DNA from: a bacterium
GTDB lineage: Bacteria > Patescibacteriota > Minisyncoccia > Phycocordibacterales > GCA-002787175
Assembly: GCA_030699905.1 (NCBI GenBank)
Contig: JAUYKQ010000027.1
Coordinates: forward strand, 1,293-65,292
Length of the DNA: 64,000 nucleotides
Direction of reading: 5' to 3'
Shown here one piece after another: positions 17,498-28,640 of the stretch. Position 1 is the first letter of the stretch; every line of letters starts with the position of its first letter. The position numbers were made by a program, and so were the translations under genes. A model generated the notes under the pieces. That model was not told where the DNA came from, did no database searches, and was given only the letters and a program-made list of their open reading frames with translations.

Positions 17498-18787
17498 ATG
17501 GATAAAAACAACGGAAGTTTTAAGATTATCGGCGCCACCGAGCCGTCTCTGGAGGGGGAAATCTCCATTTCCGGAGCGAAAAACGCCGCTATCAAAGTGA
17601 TGGCGGCGACGCTTCTTTTTGAAGACAAGGTGCGTCTCGCGAATATCCCGCTTATTGAGGACTTGTTTACCATTTCGGAAATTATGAAGGCGATCGGGGT
17701 TTCAGTTTCTTTTCCAAAGGAACACGAGGCGGAACTTTTTTGCGGTGATATATCAAGTGAAATACCGAAAGAATTGGCAGAAAAGACCCGTTCATCAATG
17801 GTTGTTACGGCGCCACTTCTCGCGCGTACCGGCAGAGTCGTCTTTGGAAATCCGGGTGGGTGCGATTTGGGAGAAAGGCCGATTGACCTTTGGATAGAAG
17901 GGTACATGAAAATGGGAGCTACGGTTTCAGAGGAGAACGGGCTTTTCAAAGTGGAGGCAAAAGGCGGAAAACTTCGCGGAGCCGAGATTTTTTTCAGAGT
18001 TCAAAGCCACACGGTAACCGAAAGTTTTATAATGGCGGCTGTTTTGGCCGAGGGAAAAACAGTTTTGAAAAACTGCGCTTTGGAGCCGGAAATAAAATCG
18101 CTGTCTGATTTTCTAAATTCCTGCGGGGCAAAAATTACCGGCGCCGGAACGCACACAATCGTCATAGAAGGAGGAGGTCTTTTGAATGCGCGAGGAGCCA
18201 CATATGAGACATTGCCGGATCGTTTGGAAGCAGGCAGTTTTCTCGTTTTGGGCGCTCTTGCCGCCAAAAAACTTTTGATTTCAAAGTGTATTCCGGAGCA
18301 TTTGGAAATCGTCATTGAAATTTTAAGAAGAGTGGGAGCGGACATTGAAACTTCCGCGGACGGTATTGTCGTGCGAGGGGGCAGACCTTTATCCGCCGTG
18401 CCTATACGGACGCACGAATATCCCGGTCTGGCCACGGACTTGCAGGCGCCTATGGCGGTTCTTCTTACGCAGGCAAAAGGACAGTCGTCTGTTTTAGAGA
18501 CGATTTACGAGAGACGGCTTGAATACGTGCCGGAACTTCAGAAAATGGGGGCCAGAATAACTTTGCAAGATTCCCACAGAGCCATTATAGAGGGACCTTC
18601 AAAACTTTCAGGCAGTGAAGTTTCCGCCATTGACATAAGGGCGGGAATGGCGCTTGTAATAGCCGGAGCGATTGCGGATGGCCAGACGACGGTACATAAT
18701 TGCTACATGATAGATAGAGGGTACGAGAGATTGGAAGAAAAACTTAAGGGAATCGGGTTGGATATAAGGAGGAATTCGTCTTTATAA
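17498..18787 (+). CDS. murA: UDP-N-acetylglucosamine 1-carboxyvinyltransferase
   Basis: EPSP-synthase-fold MurA signatures (KNAAIKVMAATLL...RLANIP). The start is probably MDKNNG. Confidence 0.9.
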   Translation: MDKNNGSFKIIGATEPSLEGEISISGAKNAAIKVMAATLLFEDKVRLANIPLIEDLFTISEIMKAIGVSVSFPKEHEAELFCGDISSEIPKELAEKTRSSMVVTAPLLARTGRVVFGNPGGCDLGERPIDLWIEGYMKMGATVSEENGLFKVEAKGGKLRGAEIFFRVQSHTVTESFIMAAVLAEGKTVLKNCALEPEIKSLSDFLNSCGAKITGAGTHTIVIEGGGLLNARGATYETLPDRLEAGSFLVLGALAAKKLLISKCIPEHLEIVIEILRRVGADIETSADGIVVRGGRPLSAVPIRTHEYPGLATDLQAPMAVLLTQAKGQSSVLETIYERRLEYVPELQKMGARITLQDSHRAIIEGPSKLSGSEVSAIDIRAGMALVIAGAIADGQTTVHNCYMIDRGYERLEEKLKGIGLDIRRNSSL

Positions 18788-18842
18788 ATTCACATAATTT
18801 CTAATCCGACGCCCTTTGCGATCGGGGTTAGAAATTTTAGAA

Positions 18843-19856
18843 ATGTCTTTCTTTTCCACAAAACTGGGCATTGACTTGGGTACCGCGAACACTTTGGTGT
18901 TTGTCCCCGGCAAAGGGGTTGTTTTAAACGAGCCGTCCGTTGTCGCTGTTTCCGAGCAGGATAACAAAATACTGGCTGTCGGCCTTGAAGCCAAAAACAT
19001 GATAGGCAAAACACCCGAGAGTATTATCGCTTATCGTCCCATGAAGGACGGCGTTATTGCCGACTACAGAGTAACGGAAGCGATGCTCCGATATTTTATA
19101 GACAAGGCGCTCGGCAAGTGGAACTTCTGGAAGCCGGAGGTCTTGGTATCGGTGCCCGCGGGAGTAACATCCACCGAAAGGCGGGCTGTTGTTGAAGCGA
19201 CCGTTAAAGCGGGGGCCAGGGCGGCATATGTGGTCAAAGAGCCGATTTTGGGAGCCATAGGCGCCGGTATACCCATACAAGAGGCCATGGGGCATATGAT
19301 AGTGGATATTGGAGGGGGAACGACAGACGTAGCCGTTATTTCTCTTGGGGGAATCGTTTCTTCAACGTCTGTGAAATGCGCCGGAAACAGGATTGATACC
19401 GCCATTGCCGACTATATCAAAAAGACATTCAATCTCGGTATCGGGGACAAAATGTCCGAAGACATAAAGATAAAAGTCGGTTCGGCAGTCCCTCTTGAAG
19501 AGGAGCTCACGATGACCATAAAGGGCCGAGATTTTATCACCGGATTGCCTCGTACGACGGAAATAAAGACAAATGAAATAGTCAAAGCTATCGGCAAAGA
19601 GCTTCGTGAAATGATAAAAGCCATTAAAGACGTGTTGCAGGAGACACCGCCGGAATTGGCGGCGGATATCATAGACAGGGGAATAATAATGACAGGGGGC
19701 TCTTCACAGCTTCGTAATTTACCGGAGCTTGTTTATAGGCGTACGGGAGTGAAAGCGGCTTTAGCAAAGGACCCTCTTTACTGCGTAGTAAAGGGAACGG
19801 GCATAGCGCTGGAACATCTGGACACTTATAAAAAGAGCATTATTGCGAAGAGGTGA
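18843..19856 (+). CDS. mreB: Rod shape-determining protein MreB
   Basis: GIDLGTANTLVFV...NEPSVVAV and the actin-fold motifs DIGGGTTDVAVIS. Confidence 0.9.
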   Translation: MSFFSTKLGIDLGTANTLVFVPGKGVVLNEPSVVAVSEQDNKILAVGLEAKNMIGKTPESIIAYRPMKDGVIADYRVTEAMLRYFIDKALGKWNFWKPEVLVSVPAGVTSTERRAVVEATVKAGARAAYVVKEPILGAIGAGIPIQEAMGHMIVDIGGGTTDVAVISLGGIVSSTSVKCAGNRIDTAIADYIKKTFNLGIGDKMSEDIKIKVGSAVPLEEELTMTIKGRDFITGLPRTTEIKTNEIVKAIGKELREMIKAIKDVLQETPPELAADIIDRGIIMTGGSSQLRNLPELVYRRTGVKAALAKDPLYCVVKGTGIALEHLDTYKKSIIAKR

Positions 19857-19863
19857 GACAAAA

Positions 19864-20006
19864 CTGTGAATTACGAAATGTCTTTCTCGGCGAGGTCTTC
19901 GCGGCGCACGAAGATTTTTTGCTAAAAATCTTCTCTCTCCAGCGCCGGCCGCGCTTCCGAAGGCGCCACTCAAACCTCGCCTCAACACCATTTCGTAATC
20001 CACAGT
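19864..20006. mobile_element. MITE-like element, family A copy 2
   Basis: CTGTGAATTACGAAATG ... CATTTCGTAATCCACAGT. Nearly identical to copy 1. Spurious ORF 19761..20003. Confidence 0.8.
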
Positions 20007-20088
20007 ATTTTTCGCAATTTAGGATAATTTTGAAAACAAAAAACGCTCTCCGGAAGGAGAGCGTTTTTACGTTCGAAAAGAATGCTCA

Positions 20089-20463
20089 TTAGCAACCGGC
20101 GAAAGCTACAGCTGTGTCTGTAACCGTACCGCTGGTGCAAGCCCCTGCTGAACCTGATGAAGCAGGCGAGAAAGTTACAGAAAAACTAGCCGGACATGAA
20201 CCGGGAGCCGTGGAAGGGGCACCTCCATCACGAGCTGAGCCAACATCAATAGCGGCATCTATGGCGGCTTGAGTAATAGCGCCTGAAAGTCCCTCGCAAG
20301 CTACCAAAAGCGCTCCTTGCGTTGCTCTTACTTCTGACTGAAAAGCCGCTGACCTGGCCTTAGTCCTGGCGCTTCCCAACGATGTAAGAACCACGGAGGA
20401 AAGAATACCGATTATAGCGATAACAACTAAAAGCTCAATAAGTGTAAAACCTTTTTTATACAT
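20089..20463 (-). CDS. Type IV pilin (prepilin-type N-terminal domain)
   Basis: [25 protein letters not shown]; Ala/Ser/Gly-rich C-terminus with two Cys. Confidence 0.85.
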   Translation of the reverse strand: MYKKGFTLIELLVVIAIIGILSSVVLTSLGSARTKARSAAFQSEVRATQGALLVACEGLSGAITQAAIDAAIDVGSARDGGAPSTAPGSCPASFSVTFSPASSGSAGACTSGTVTDTAVAFAGC

Positions 20464-20677
20464 AATTAATTTTCAAATTATATCCATACTGCAAGACAAC
20501 CTGCCTTGCTTTAAGGACATTATTATTTTCGACCTTTTTACTATTAAAATTGATTGTTACATCAATAAAACCGATGTCCTTAATTATATACACCTATCGC
20601 AAGCATGCAATGTGGATATCTTTTTGGGGTCTTTGGCCAAATATTCGTTTAAATGCCGGCTGTGGTAGAATGTCTTT

Positions 20678-21385
20678 ATGGAATTAAGAGAAATCGCGAA
20701 AAATATAAAGGATTTGCACCATTGCTATTGTTTGGAAGGCAAAAGGGACTTTGTATTGAATTCTCTTTTTGATTTTTTTGAAAAGGACTTGAATCTCAAA
20801 AGACAGGGCAATCCTGACTTTTGGATAGGGGAGTTTGATATTCTCGGTATTGACGATGTGCGTACTGTTATAGAGGCGCAAAGGCAAAAACCCGTTATGG
20901 AAGAGTGCCGGATGTTTGTAATAGCCGCTTATGAAATAACCAAGGAAGCGCAGAACGCTCTTTTAAAGGTTTTGGAAGAGCCCTCTTCTTTTACAAAATT
21001 TTTCATAATAGTGGATTCAGCCCAAGGGCTTTTGCCGACAGTCAGGTCGCGAGCTTATATCCTGTCTTTTCTTCCTCAAGACGGTATTTACGAAAATGGC
21101 TTCCGTGACAAAGCCCGAGATTTTCTTTCCTTTATCCCTGCCAAGAGGATAAAGTTTGTCAAAAAGCTTTCTGAAGATATTTCTGACGGAAAAGAGGCCA
21201 AAATCCAAGCGACACGCTTTTTGAACGCCTTGGAGTTATGCGTCAGAAACAGCAAAGATTTGTCCGAAAAAGAAAAGTTTGAAGTTTTAAGACACGTTGC
21301 TTTCGCGGAAAAATATTCACAGGACAGGGGAGCGGTGTTAAAGCAGATTCTGGAACACGTAGCCGTGTCTTTGCCCGTATTTTAG
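20678..21385 (+). CDS. holB: DNA polymerase III delta' subunit-like clamp-loader protein
   Basis: NALLKVLEEP and TVRSRAY (the SRC motif) are read directly. The N-terminus (HHCYCLEGKRDF) is a degenerate P-loop, as in delta'. Confidence 0.65.
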   Translation: MELREIAKNIKDLHHCYCLEGKRDFVLNSLFDFFEKDLNLKRQGNPDFWIGEFDILGIDDVRTVIEAQRQKPVMEECRMFVIAAYEITKEAQNALLKVLEEPSSFTKFFIIVDSAQGLLPTVRSRAYILSFLPQDGIYENGFRDKARDFLSFIPAKRIKFVKKLSEDISDGKEAKIQATRFLNALELCVRNSKDLSEKEKFEVLRHVAFAEKYSQDRGAVLKQILEHVAVSLPVF

Positions 21386-21603
21386 GGGTTTGATTGCAAA
21401 TTGAAAATTTTCTTACCTATTCTTACGTGACGGAGGATTTATGAAAACGGACAATCTACAAGAGTAAGAGTGTGAGCGATTACTGACCTTTCATTACATT
21501 ATACGGTTTTCTGTCCTGTGTGTTATAGTAATAAAACTGTTAAATAATCGGAGTTGAGTAGGGCGTGGGTATCTTTTTCCAAATAAAGATAATTTTTAAA
21601 AAT

Positions 21604-22155
21604 ATGGCATACAATTTTACGAATTTAGCGAACGAAATATCCAGAATATCGGACTGGCTCTCCCGCGAATACGACGGCATAAGAACTTCTCGAGCCACGC
21701 CTGCCGTTTTGGACGGCGTGTCCGTGGACGCGTATGGTTCAAAAATGCCGTTAAAACAGGTGGCGAGTATTTCCTCGCAGGACTCTAAGACCCTTTATGT
21801 GAGCGCCTATGACCCATCTTTGATAAAGGGCATTGAAAAGGCAATATCGGTGGCCAATTTAGGCCTTTCCGTGGGAGCGGACGAAAAAGGCGTCAGAGTG
21901 TCTTTTCCGGAGTTGACCGCGGAACGAAGAGAGACACTTATCAAGTTGGCCAAGGAAAAACTGGAAGACGCCCGTATTTCGGTACGCAAAGCAAGAGATG
22001 ATGTTTGGGGTAACATTCAGGAAAAGGAAAAAGGTGGAGAAATGGCAGAAGACGAAAAGTTCAAGCTAAAAGTTGAGTTGCAAAGACGCGTTGACGAAAT
22101 AAACAAAAAACTGGCGGAAATGGCGGAGAAAAAAGAGAAAGAGATTTCGAGTTAG
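21604..22155 (+). CDS. frr: Ribosome recycling factor
   Basis: Full-length similarity pattern to RRF (IRTSRATPAVLDGVSVDAYG...VRVSFPELTAERRETL...). Confidence 0.9.
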   Translation: MAYNFTNLANEISRISDWLSREYDGIRTSRATPAVLDGVSVDAYGSKMPLKQVASISSQDSKTLYVSAYDPSLIKGIEKAISVANLGLSVGADEKGVRVSFPELTAERRETLIKLAKEKLEDARISVRKARDDVWGNIQEKEKGGEMAEDEKFKLKVELQRRVDEINKKLAEMAEKKEKEISS

Positions 22156-22287
22156 GAAACTCAAAATCTCTTTCTCTTTGAAATTTGTGGAAACTAGCGC
22201 TTCGCGCGAAATTTGTTGATATTTTACGAGTATCTTTAATATCTATAAGTTTCCATGAATTTCAACTGATTTCTGCAACAGAGCATC

Positions 22288-23379
22288 ATGACTATAATTA
22301 TTTTCATCGTTATATTGGCGCTTTTGATCCTCGTGCACGAGCTCGGGCATTTTCTTGTCGCCAAAAAGTCGGGAATAAGAGTGGATGAATTCGGACTCGG
22401 TTTTCCTCCGAAAGCCGTTTCTATAAAAAAGGGAGAGACGGAATATTCTTTAAACTGGATACCTTTTGGCGGTTTTGTAAAAATTTTTGGTGAAAATCCG
22501 GATGAAGAATCAATAGAGGGTCCCGACAAAGAAAGAAGTTTTGTCCACAAAAACCGAGCTATTCAATCGGCTGTTTTGGTGGCCGGTGTCACTTTTAACA
22601 TGATTTTTGCCTGGTTCCTTATATCTTTGGGCTTTTTTGTCGGAATGCCGGCTTCCTCGGAAATTTATCCTGACGTCACCAATCCTAAGACGATGATAGT
22701 AGCCGTGCGTCCCGACTCGCCGGCCGACCGCGCGGGACTTCGCACCGGTGATGTTTTAGAACGACTTTTTTCCGATTCGGGTAGCGAACTTACAAAGCCG
22801 ACCGTTTCAGAGGCCTATGAATTCTTAAATCAAGAGGCGGATAGTAAAGTAGAGGTCTCTTATAGCGGTCCTCATGGCAGGGTGGGGAAGGTGGAGCTTA
22901 TGGCTGAAGAAGGGATAGCTGACGGGCGCAAGGTCGTGGGTATAACCATGGACAGTATCGGCATTTTGAAAATCGGTTTTTTCGGTTCTTTTTGGGAGGG
23001 AATGAAAACTACCGTAATGCTCACCCGAGCTATTGCCGTGGCGCTTTGGGGATTTGTGTCTGACGCTTTTACCGGCCAAGCCGATTTTTCACAGGTTACG
23101 GGGCCGGTTGGAATAGTCGGGCTTGTGGGCGAAGCGAGTGACTTGGGCTTTTCGTACCTTCTTTCCTTTACCGCCATAATTTCAATACATTTGGCGGTAA
23201 TAAACTTGGCTCCTTTTCCGGCGCTTGACGGCGGACGTTTGCTTTTTGTGGCCATTGAAGCAATCAGACGAAAAGCCATTTCTCCCAAAATCGCGAATAC
23301 CCTAAACGCAATCGGCTTCTCTCTTCTTATTCTCCTTATGCTCGTCGTAACATTTAAAGACATAATGAAGTTGTTTTAG
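22288..23379 (+). CDS. rseP: RIP metalloprotease RseP (site-2 protease, M50) with a PDZ domain
   Basis: HELGHFLVAKK (HExxH), a PDZ-like middle region, and a C-terminal LDGG motif. Confidence 0.9.
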   Translation: MTIIIFIVILALLILVHELGHFLVAKKSGIRVDEFGLGFPPKAVSIKKGETEYSLNWIPFGGFVKIFGENPDEESIEGPDKERSFVHKNRAIQSAVLVAGVTFNMIFAWFLISLGFFVGMPASSEIYPDVTNPKTMIVAVRPDSPADRAGLRTGDVLERLFSDSGSELTKPTVSEAYEFLNQEADSKVEVSYSGPHGRVGKVELMAEEGIADGRKVVGITMDSIGILKIGFFGSFWEGMKTTVMLTRAIAVALWGFVSDAFTGQADFSQVTGPVGIVGLVGEASDLGFSYLLSFTAIISIHLAVINLAPFPALDGGRLLFVAIEAIRRKAISPKIANTLNAIGFSLLILLMLVVTFKDIMKLF

Positions 23380-23570
23380 GTTTTTTTAATTCCACCAGTT
23401 TCAGCATTGGGTTCAGTGTTGGGCGTCCGTTTCAGCTGTGAGCCATACATACTACGACTTTGAAAAGAAATGAGTGAGGAGAAAAAAGAAAACCGCGGGC
23501 GTGAAGCTCGCGGTTTTTTGAAAAGAACTGTTTCCGCCGTAACTTTCGGCGGAATGGTTATCTCGTAGCT

Positions 23571-25175
23571 CTACTTTTCTACGAGATATGTGGCGGTGAC
23601 GAAAGCCACTTTGCCCTGCAGAGGGCTGTTCGCAAGGTATCGCCCTGCTATTGCCCCGACTTCCTCACGAAAGCGGACATGGTCCGCTGTTTTAGGGTTT
23701 TGGTCGAGGTAGTTTTTCCTCACCAACACCCACGCCGCCTCTGCAATGTGGGCGCCGATGAGGACAACTTCGCCCTCAAATACGTCGTTTGCCCGAAGGG
23801 GCCGGAGCGCAACTTTTATTTGGATGTTGAATTTGTTTCCAAATAACGTTCTTCCTCCCCGTTCGTAAGGGCACTCGTACGTTATGGCCTTCGCAAGGTT
23901 CGTACTTAAGTAAGAGGGGTTGATTGCAACCCCTCTTACGGCCTCGCTGGTTATTCGTAATGCTCCCAACCTTTCCAACTTTTTCAAGTTGTCGTCTTGA
24001 GGGATGTCACTTACTGCTGTATGCGGTATGGACGCCGTCTGCTTTTTCATCTCCTGACCCCATTTGACGACGAATGCGTCAATTGTGAGGTTAATTTCGG
24101 CTAACCTTGCGTTCACCCTATCGTCCTGATCCCTGAGCTTTTCACCAACCTCCCCTATGATATCTTCCTTTAATAAGCTAAGGGCGTTTGGGGTGACGGC
24201 CGGCCGGTTTTCCATATCAGAAATCCGACTAGATAACTTGGCTATTTCACCCGAAAGCTGATTGCTTGAGGCAACCAGCTTTTCCTCGGTTTGGATCATG
24301 AGGCGGTCCTGGAATGTTTTCAGCTCTTCCGACCATTCTTTGACATTTTCGTTATGCAGGCGGGATATGGTGTTAACCATTGCCGACTCTACTTTGTCCA
24401 CGAACCCTTCCACCCGATTAGTGGCGCCGTCGCTTACCACGGTGAAGCCATGCAAGCTGTTGCTGATGGCCGTTTGCATTTCCGCGTGAGTTACGGCGTT
24501 TGACCTTATGAGACCGAGTGTCTCATTCAGGGTGTTTAGGGTCTGCCCGATCTCGCTTACCTTGCCCACCACTCCCGGGCTTTCTGTTCCGGGTCGTCCG
24601 AAGACGACATTGGACATGTCCGACATCCTGTTTCGCACCGGAGTTGACACGACGGTGATGACGACGCCGATGAAGACGGCGATGAGCGCCAGGAGTAGCA
24701 ACACCTTTCCAATAAGTTTTGCTTTCTCTTGCCATGACGACTGCTCGCCCCCGAACACCCTGTGCAACTTAGGCGAGGTCGGCTTAGGCAAGGTCTGTGG
24801 TCTTGCCGGTGTGTCTTCTTGTTGGCCTTTTGGAGGAGCCGGTTTTCCACTTTCAACATCTACGACCCAATTTCGGGGAGCCGCCGCAGGACCTCCTTCG
24901 CCTCCACTTTTCGGTGGTGGTGAGGACGTCTCAGTTTTCACACTTTCTCCCGACGGGGGAGAAGTTTGCGCGGGACTCGGAGTCGGAGCCGGCTTCTGCG
25001 GTTGTTTAGCTCCTTCTTTGGGAGTTACCACCGGAGTCGGCTTTTGCGGAGGAGGTTCCTCTTTCTTCGGAGTCGGAGCCGTAGTCGGTTTGGGGCTACC
25101 TCCTTTAGGATTCGCCGGTTTATTGGACGGTTTTTGGCCGCCTTGGCTTAAGTTAATCTCAATCTTGTCTGCCAT
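23571..25175 (-). CDS. Hypothetical membrane-anchored protein: about 140 aa Pro/Lys-rich low-complexity N-terminus, one TM helix, and a coiled-coil extracytoplasmic domain
   Basis: Long ORF. Pro-rich tail (PKPTTAPTPKKEEPPPQKPTPVV...). TM segment VLLLLALIAVFIGVVITVV. Confidence 0.55.
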   Translation of the reverse strand: MADKIEINLSQGGQKPSNKPANPKGGSPKPTTAPTPKKEEPPPQKPTPVVTPKEGAKQPQKPAPTPSPAQTSPPSGESVKTETSSPPPKSGGEGGPAAAPRNWVVDVESGKPAPPKGQQEDTPARPQTLPKPTSPKLHRVFGGEQSSWQEKAKLIGKVLLLLALIAVFIGVVITVVSTPVRNRMSDMSNVVFGRPGTESPGVVGKVSEIGQTLNTLNETLGLIRSNAVTHAEMQTAISNSLHGFTVVSDGATNRVEGFVDKVESAMVNTISRLHNENVKEWSEELKTFQDRLMIQTEEKLVASSNQLSGEIAKLSSRISDMENRPAVTPNALSLLKEDIIGEVGEKLRDQDDRVNARLAEINLTIDAFVVKWGQEMKKQTASIPHTAVSDIPQDDNLKKLERLGALRITSEAVRGVAINPSYLSTNLAKAITYECPYERGGRTLFGNKFNIQIKVALRPLRANDVFEGEVVLIGAHIAEAAWVLVRKNYLDQNPKTADHVRFREEVGAIAGRYLANSPLQGKVAFVTATYLVEK

Positions 25176-25420
25176 ATTATTCTGCTTTCAAAAAACTGTC
25201 GTTGCCTGTCTGTTTTTTCAACCGGAAGTATCCGGTCAGGACGTCACTCAACATCCCTTTACTTTCGTCATCATAGCACTGAAAAAGACACCTGTCAATA
25301 TTAAAAGACGTTACAAATACGACACAATTTTATCTCCGCCAAGCCGTTTTTTTGTAGAGATACATCCGGTGGATTTGGTCAAGTGTTACGAAATCCGCGA
25401 CTTTAGTGTATGATAAAGCC

Positions 25421-26674
25421 ATGAAGCAGTCACAACTTTTTACCAAGACGAGAAAGGAGGCCCCAGCCGATGAAGTGGCAAAAAACGCCTCTCTTTTAAT
25501 TCGCGCCGGCTTTATTCACAAGGAAATGGCGGGAGTGTATTCCTATCTTCCTTTGGGGCTTCGTGTCTTAAATAAAATCGCTCTAATTATAAGGGAAGAA
25601 ATGAACGCCCTTGGCGGTCAGGAAGTTCAGTTATCTTCTCTGCAAAACAAAGACGTCTGGCAAAAAACAGGGCGATGGGACGAAGAAAAAGTTACAAATT
25701 GGTTTAAGACGGAAATAACGGGAGGCAAAGAAACACGACTTGGTTTTACTCATGAAGAGCCACTTACGGCCATAATGGCGGGACAGATATCTTCTTACAA
25801 GGACCTGCCAAAATATGTTTATCAAATCCAAACCAAATTTAGAAACGAAGAAAGAGCAAAAAGCGGAATGTTGCGTGGAAGAGAGTTTTTGATGAAGGAT
25901 TTATATTCTTTCTCAAAAGACCAAAAGGAGCACGACCAATTCTATGAAAAAGTGGCAAAGGCCTACGAAAAAATCTTTCAAAGAGTTGGCATCGGGGCTC
26001 AAACCCACAAAACCTTCGCTTCAGGCGGAGTATTCAGCGAATTTTCTCACGAATTTCAGACCGTCACGGAGGCGGGCGAAGACACCATTTTCATTTGTGA
26101 AAAAGACGGCACGGCGGTAAACAGAGAAGTTTTTACGGACGAGGTGTTGTCCAAAATGGGTAAAAATAAAAGCGATTTTCAAGAATTCAAGGCCATAGAA
26201 GTCGGAAACATTTTTTCTCTCGGTACGCGTTTTTCCGAACCGCTCGGTCTTTTCTTTAAAGACGATAAGGGGGAGGACAGACCTGTCATCATGGGCTCTT
26301 ATGGAATGGGTCTGGGACGGCTTATGGGTACGGTGGCGGAAATACTTTCTGACGAGAAGGGGCTTCTGTGGCCGAAAGAAATATCTCCTTTTTCAGTTCA
26401 TCTTATTTCAATAGGAGCCGAAGAGAACCCGGAAGTCAAGAAACAGGCAGACAAGATTTACGAGAAACTTGAGGAAAAATCGGTAGAGGTTTTGTATGAT
26501 GATAGGGAGGCGCGCGCGGGAGAGAAATTTGCCGACAGCGACCTCATGGGGATACCGACGAGGGTGGTTTTGAGCGAAAAAAACATCAAAGAAGGCAGGG
26601 TGGAGGTGAAAGGGCGAACAGAAAAAACTCCCAAATACATGACTGAAGATGAGCTGTTTGGTAGCCGGTTTTAA
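25421..26674 (+). CDS. proS: Prolyl-tRNA synthetase, bacterial-like and lacking the editing (INS) domain
   Basis: Class II motifs. N-terminus MKQSQLFTKTRKEAPAD...GFIHK; core FTHEEPLT...YQIQTKFRNEERAKSGMLRGREFLMKD. Only about 418 aa, so there is no room for an insertion domain. Confidence 0.9.
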   Translation: MKQSQLFTKTRKEAPADEVAKNASLLIRAGFIHKEMAGVYSYLPLGLRVLNKIALIIREEMNALGGQEVQLSSLQNKDVWQKTGRWDEEKVTNWFKTEITGGKETRLGFTHEEPLTAIMAGQISSYKDLPKYVYQIQTKFRNEERAKSGMLRGREFLMKDLYSFSKDQKEHDQFYEKVAKAYEKIFQRVGIGAQTHKTFASGGVFSEFSHEFQTVTEAGEDTIFICEKDGTAVNREVFTDEVLSKMGKNKSDFQEFKAIEVGNIFSLGTRFSEPLGLFFKDDKGEDRPVIMGSYGMGLGRLMGTVAEILSDEKGLLWPKEISPFSVHLISIGAEENPEVKKQADKIYEKLEEKSVEVLYDDREARAGEKFADSDLMGIPTRVVLSEKNIKEGRVEVKGRTEKTPKYMTEDELFGSRF

Positions 26675-26795
26675 GCAGGAGAAAAGAGCGCAGAGCAAAG
26701 CGACCGTCTCCGCGACGCGAGGGGATTGTCGTTTCTCTTAATTCACGGGAGATACCGCTTTTATTTTACAATCCTCAAGTGACAGATAACGATAC

Positions 26796-27860
26796 ATGTT
26801 TGAACAATTCAAATCATATTTTAATAAATACGCTTCCAACGATATCGGTATAGACCTTGGTACCGCCAATACTTTGGTTTATGTCCGAGGACAGGGCATT
26901 GTCGTAAACGAACCATCGGTTGTTGCCGTTAATCAGAAGACCGGCCAAGTGGTGGCTGTTGGTTCGCAAGCCAAAGACATGCTCGGGCGAACGCCCGGAC
27001 ACATCGTTGCCATAAAACCTCTTGTCGGAGGGGTGATTTCCGATTTTGAAGTTACGGAAGAAATGATAGCGTACCTTTTAAAAAGAGTGGAAGGCGACTC
27101 GCGCAGGATCTTGGGGCCGAGGGTGGTCATCGGTGTTCCTTCGGGTGTCACTAACGTGGAGTCCCGAGCAGTCAGAGACGCTACCAAAAACAACGGCGCT
27201 CGCGAAGTATATGTGGTGGAAGAGCCGATGGCGGCGGCCATAGGAATACGACTGCCTGTTATGGATCCCGTCGGCAGTATGATAGTTGACATAGGAGGAG
27301 GGACGACAGACGTGGCGGTTATTTCTCTTGCTGGGGTCGTGCGTTCAAAAAGTTTGAAAATAGCTGGCGACAAGTTGAACGAGGATATCATCTCCTATAT
27401 ACGAGGCGAGTTTAAAATTCTAATCGGCGAAAAGACGGCGGAGAACGTTAAAATAGCCATTGGCTCCGTGTTGCCTCAAGAGGCGCCGATGGAAGCGGTC
27501 ATAAAAGGTCGCGACCTTATCACCGGCTTGCCGAGAGAAGTCATAATTACCGACTCGGATATCAGAGAAGCCATTTGCGGTTCGGTGGATATTTTGGTGG
27601 AAGCGGTGAAAGAGGTCTTGGAAACAACTCCTCCTGAAATAGTATCGGATATAATGCATAGGGGAGCATATCTTGTCGGAGGCGGGGCTTTGCTTCGCGG
27701 TGTTGATGTTTTGTTTGCCGACTCAACAAAAGTACCTTTCCATATCGCGGACGACCCTCTGTCGGCTGTTGGTCGCGGGGCGGGCATAATCCTTGAGGAC
27801 TTGAGCAAATATGAAGAGGTGCTCATAAAAAGCGAAGATGAACTACCTCCTAAAAACTAA
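26796..27860 (+). CDS. mreB: MreB paralog (Mbl-like)
   Basis: GIDLGTANTLVYV...NEPSVVAV and DIGGGTTDVAVIS. It lies immediately upstream of mreC. Confidence 0.9.
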   Translation: MFEQFKSYFNKYASNDIGIDLGTANTLVYVRGQGIVVNEPSVVAVNQKTGQVVAVGSQAKDMLGRTPGHIVAIKPLVGGVISDFEVTEEMIAYLLKRVEGDSRRILGPRVVIGVPSGVTNVESRAVRDATKNNGAREVYVVEEPMAAAIGIRLPVMDPVGSMIVDIGGGTTDVAVISLAGVVRSKSLKIAGDKLNEDIISYIRGEFKILIGEKTAENVKIAIGSVLPQEAPMEAVIKGRDLITGLPREVIITDSDIREAICGSVDILVEAVKEVLETTPPEIVSDIMHRGAYLVGGGALLRGVDVLFADSTKVPFHIADDPLSAVGRGAGIILEDLSKYEEVLIKSEDELPPKN

Positions 27861-28638
27861 CAAAAACACGAGGCGAAGGTTTTTTCCTATTTTAGTCGTT
27901 TTGTTATTTCTGACAGTTGTATTTACTCTCAATTTTCTGGCGCCTCGTTTTTTGGGAGGACGTTTTCACTTTGTGGCCTTTCCGTTTTGGAAAGCCGGGC
28001 AAACGGTCAGCGGGTGGTTTGTGAACAGTTCGGTCTTGTTTAAGGAAAAATCGGAACTGCTGAAAGAGTTGGAAAATCTGCGAGAAAAAGAGTCAGACAA
28101 GGAAAACCTGCTTCTGCTTTTGGAGGTATACAGAAAAGAAAATGAAGAATTGAGAGGTATTTCTGAAGTTAGAGTTGATGAAAAAGTCATTTTAGCTTCT
28201 GTTCTTTCCGCTCCGCCCATATCTCCTTACGACACTTTGATTTTGGGCGCCGGCTTAAAAAGCGGTGTTTCAGAAGGAATGATTGTCACTATGAACCGTG
28301 CCGTCATCGGTAGAGTGGTTTCGGCGAATGACCATACTTCTACCGCTTTGCTTTTTTCCGCGCCGGACGAAAGAACCGAAGTAGTGGTGGGAGAAAGTAA
28401 AATACAAGCGGCGGCGGTGGGTGTAGGTGGCGGAAACATGACCATAACTTTGCCTAAGGGCGTGAAAATTGCCGAAGGCGACGTCGTCATGCTTTCCGGT
28501 AATTTTTCCCCTCGGCTTGTGGGAGTGGTGGAGGCGCTGTCTTCAAGCGATGCGGACTCTTTTCAAACGGCGCTTTTGAGGGTCCCTGTCAACTTTGCCG
28601 AAGCAAGGTTTGTTGAAATAACCGATATGTTGCCTTGA
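27838..28638 (+). CDS. mreC: Rod shape-determining protein MreC
   Basis: N-terminal TM, coiled coil (LKELENLREKE...ENEELRG), then a beta-rich domain. Position is between mreB and the mreD-like gene and pbp2. Confidence 0.75.
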   Translation: MNYLLKTNKNTRRRFFPILVVLLFLTVVFTLNFLAPRFLGGRFHFVAFPFWKAGQTVSGWFVNSSVLFKEKSELLKELENLREKESDKENLLLLLEVYRKENEELRGISEVRVDEKVILASVLSAPPISPYDTLILGAGLKSGVSEGMIVTMNRAVIGRVVSANDHTSTALLFSAPDERTEVVVGESKIQAAAVGVGGGNMTITLPKGVKIAEGDVVMLSGNFSPRLVGVVEALSSSDADSFQTALLRVPVNFAEARFVEITDMLP

Positions 28639-28640
28639 TA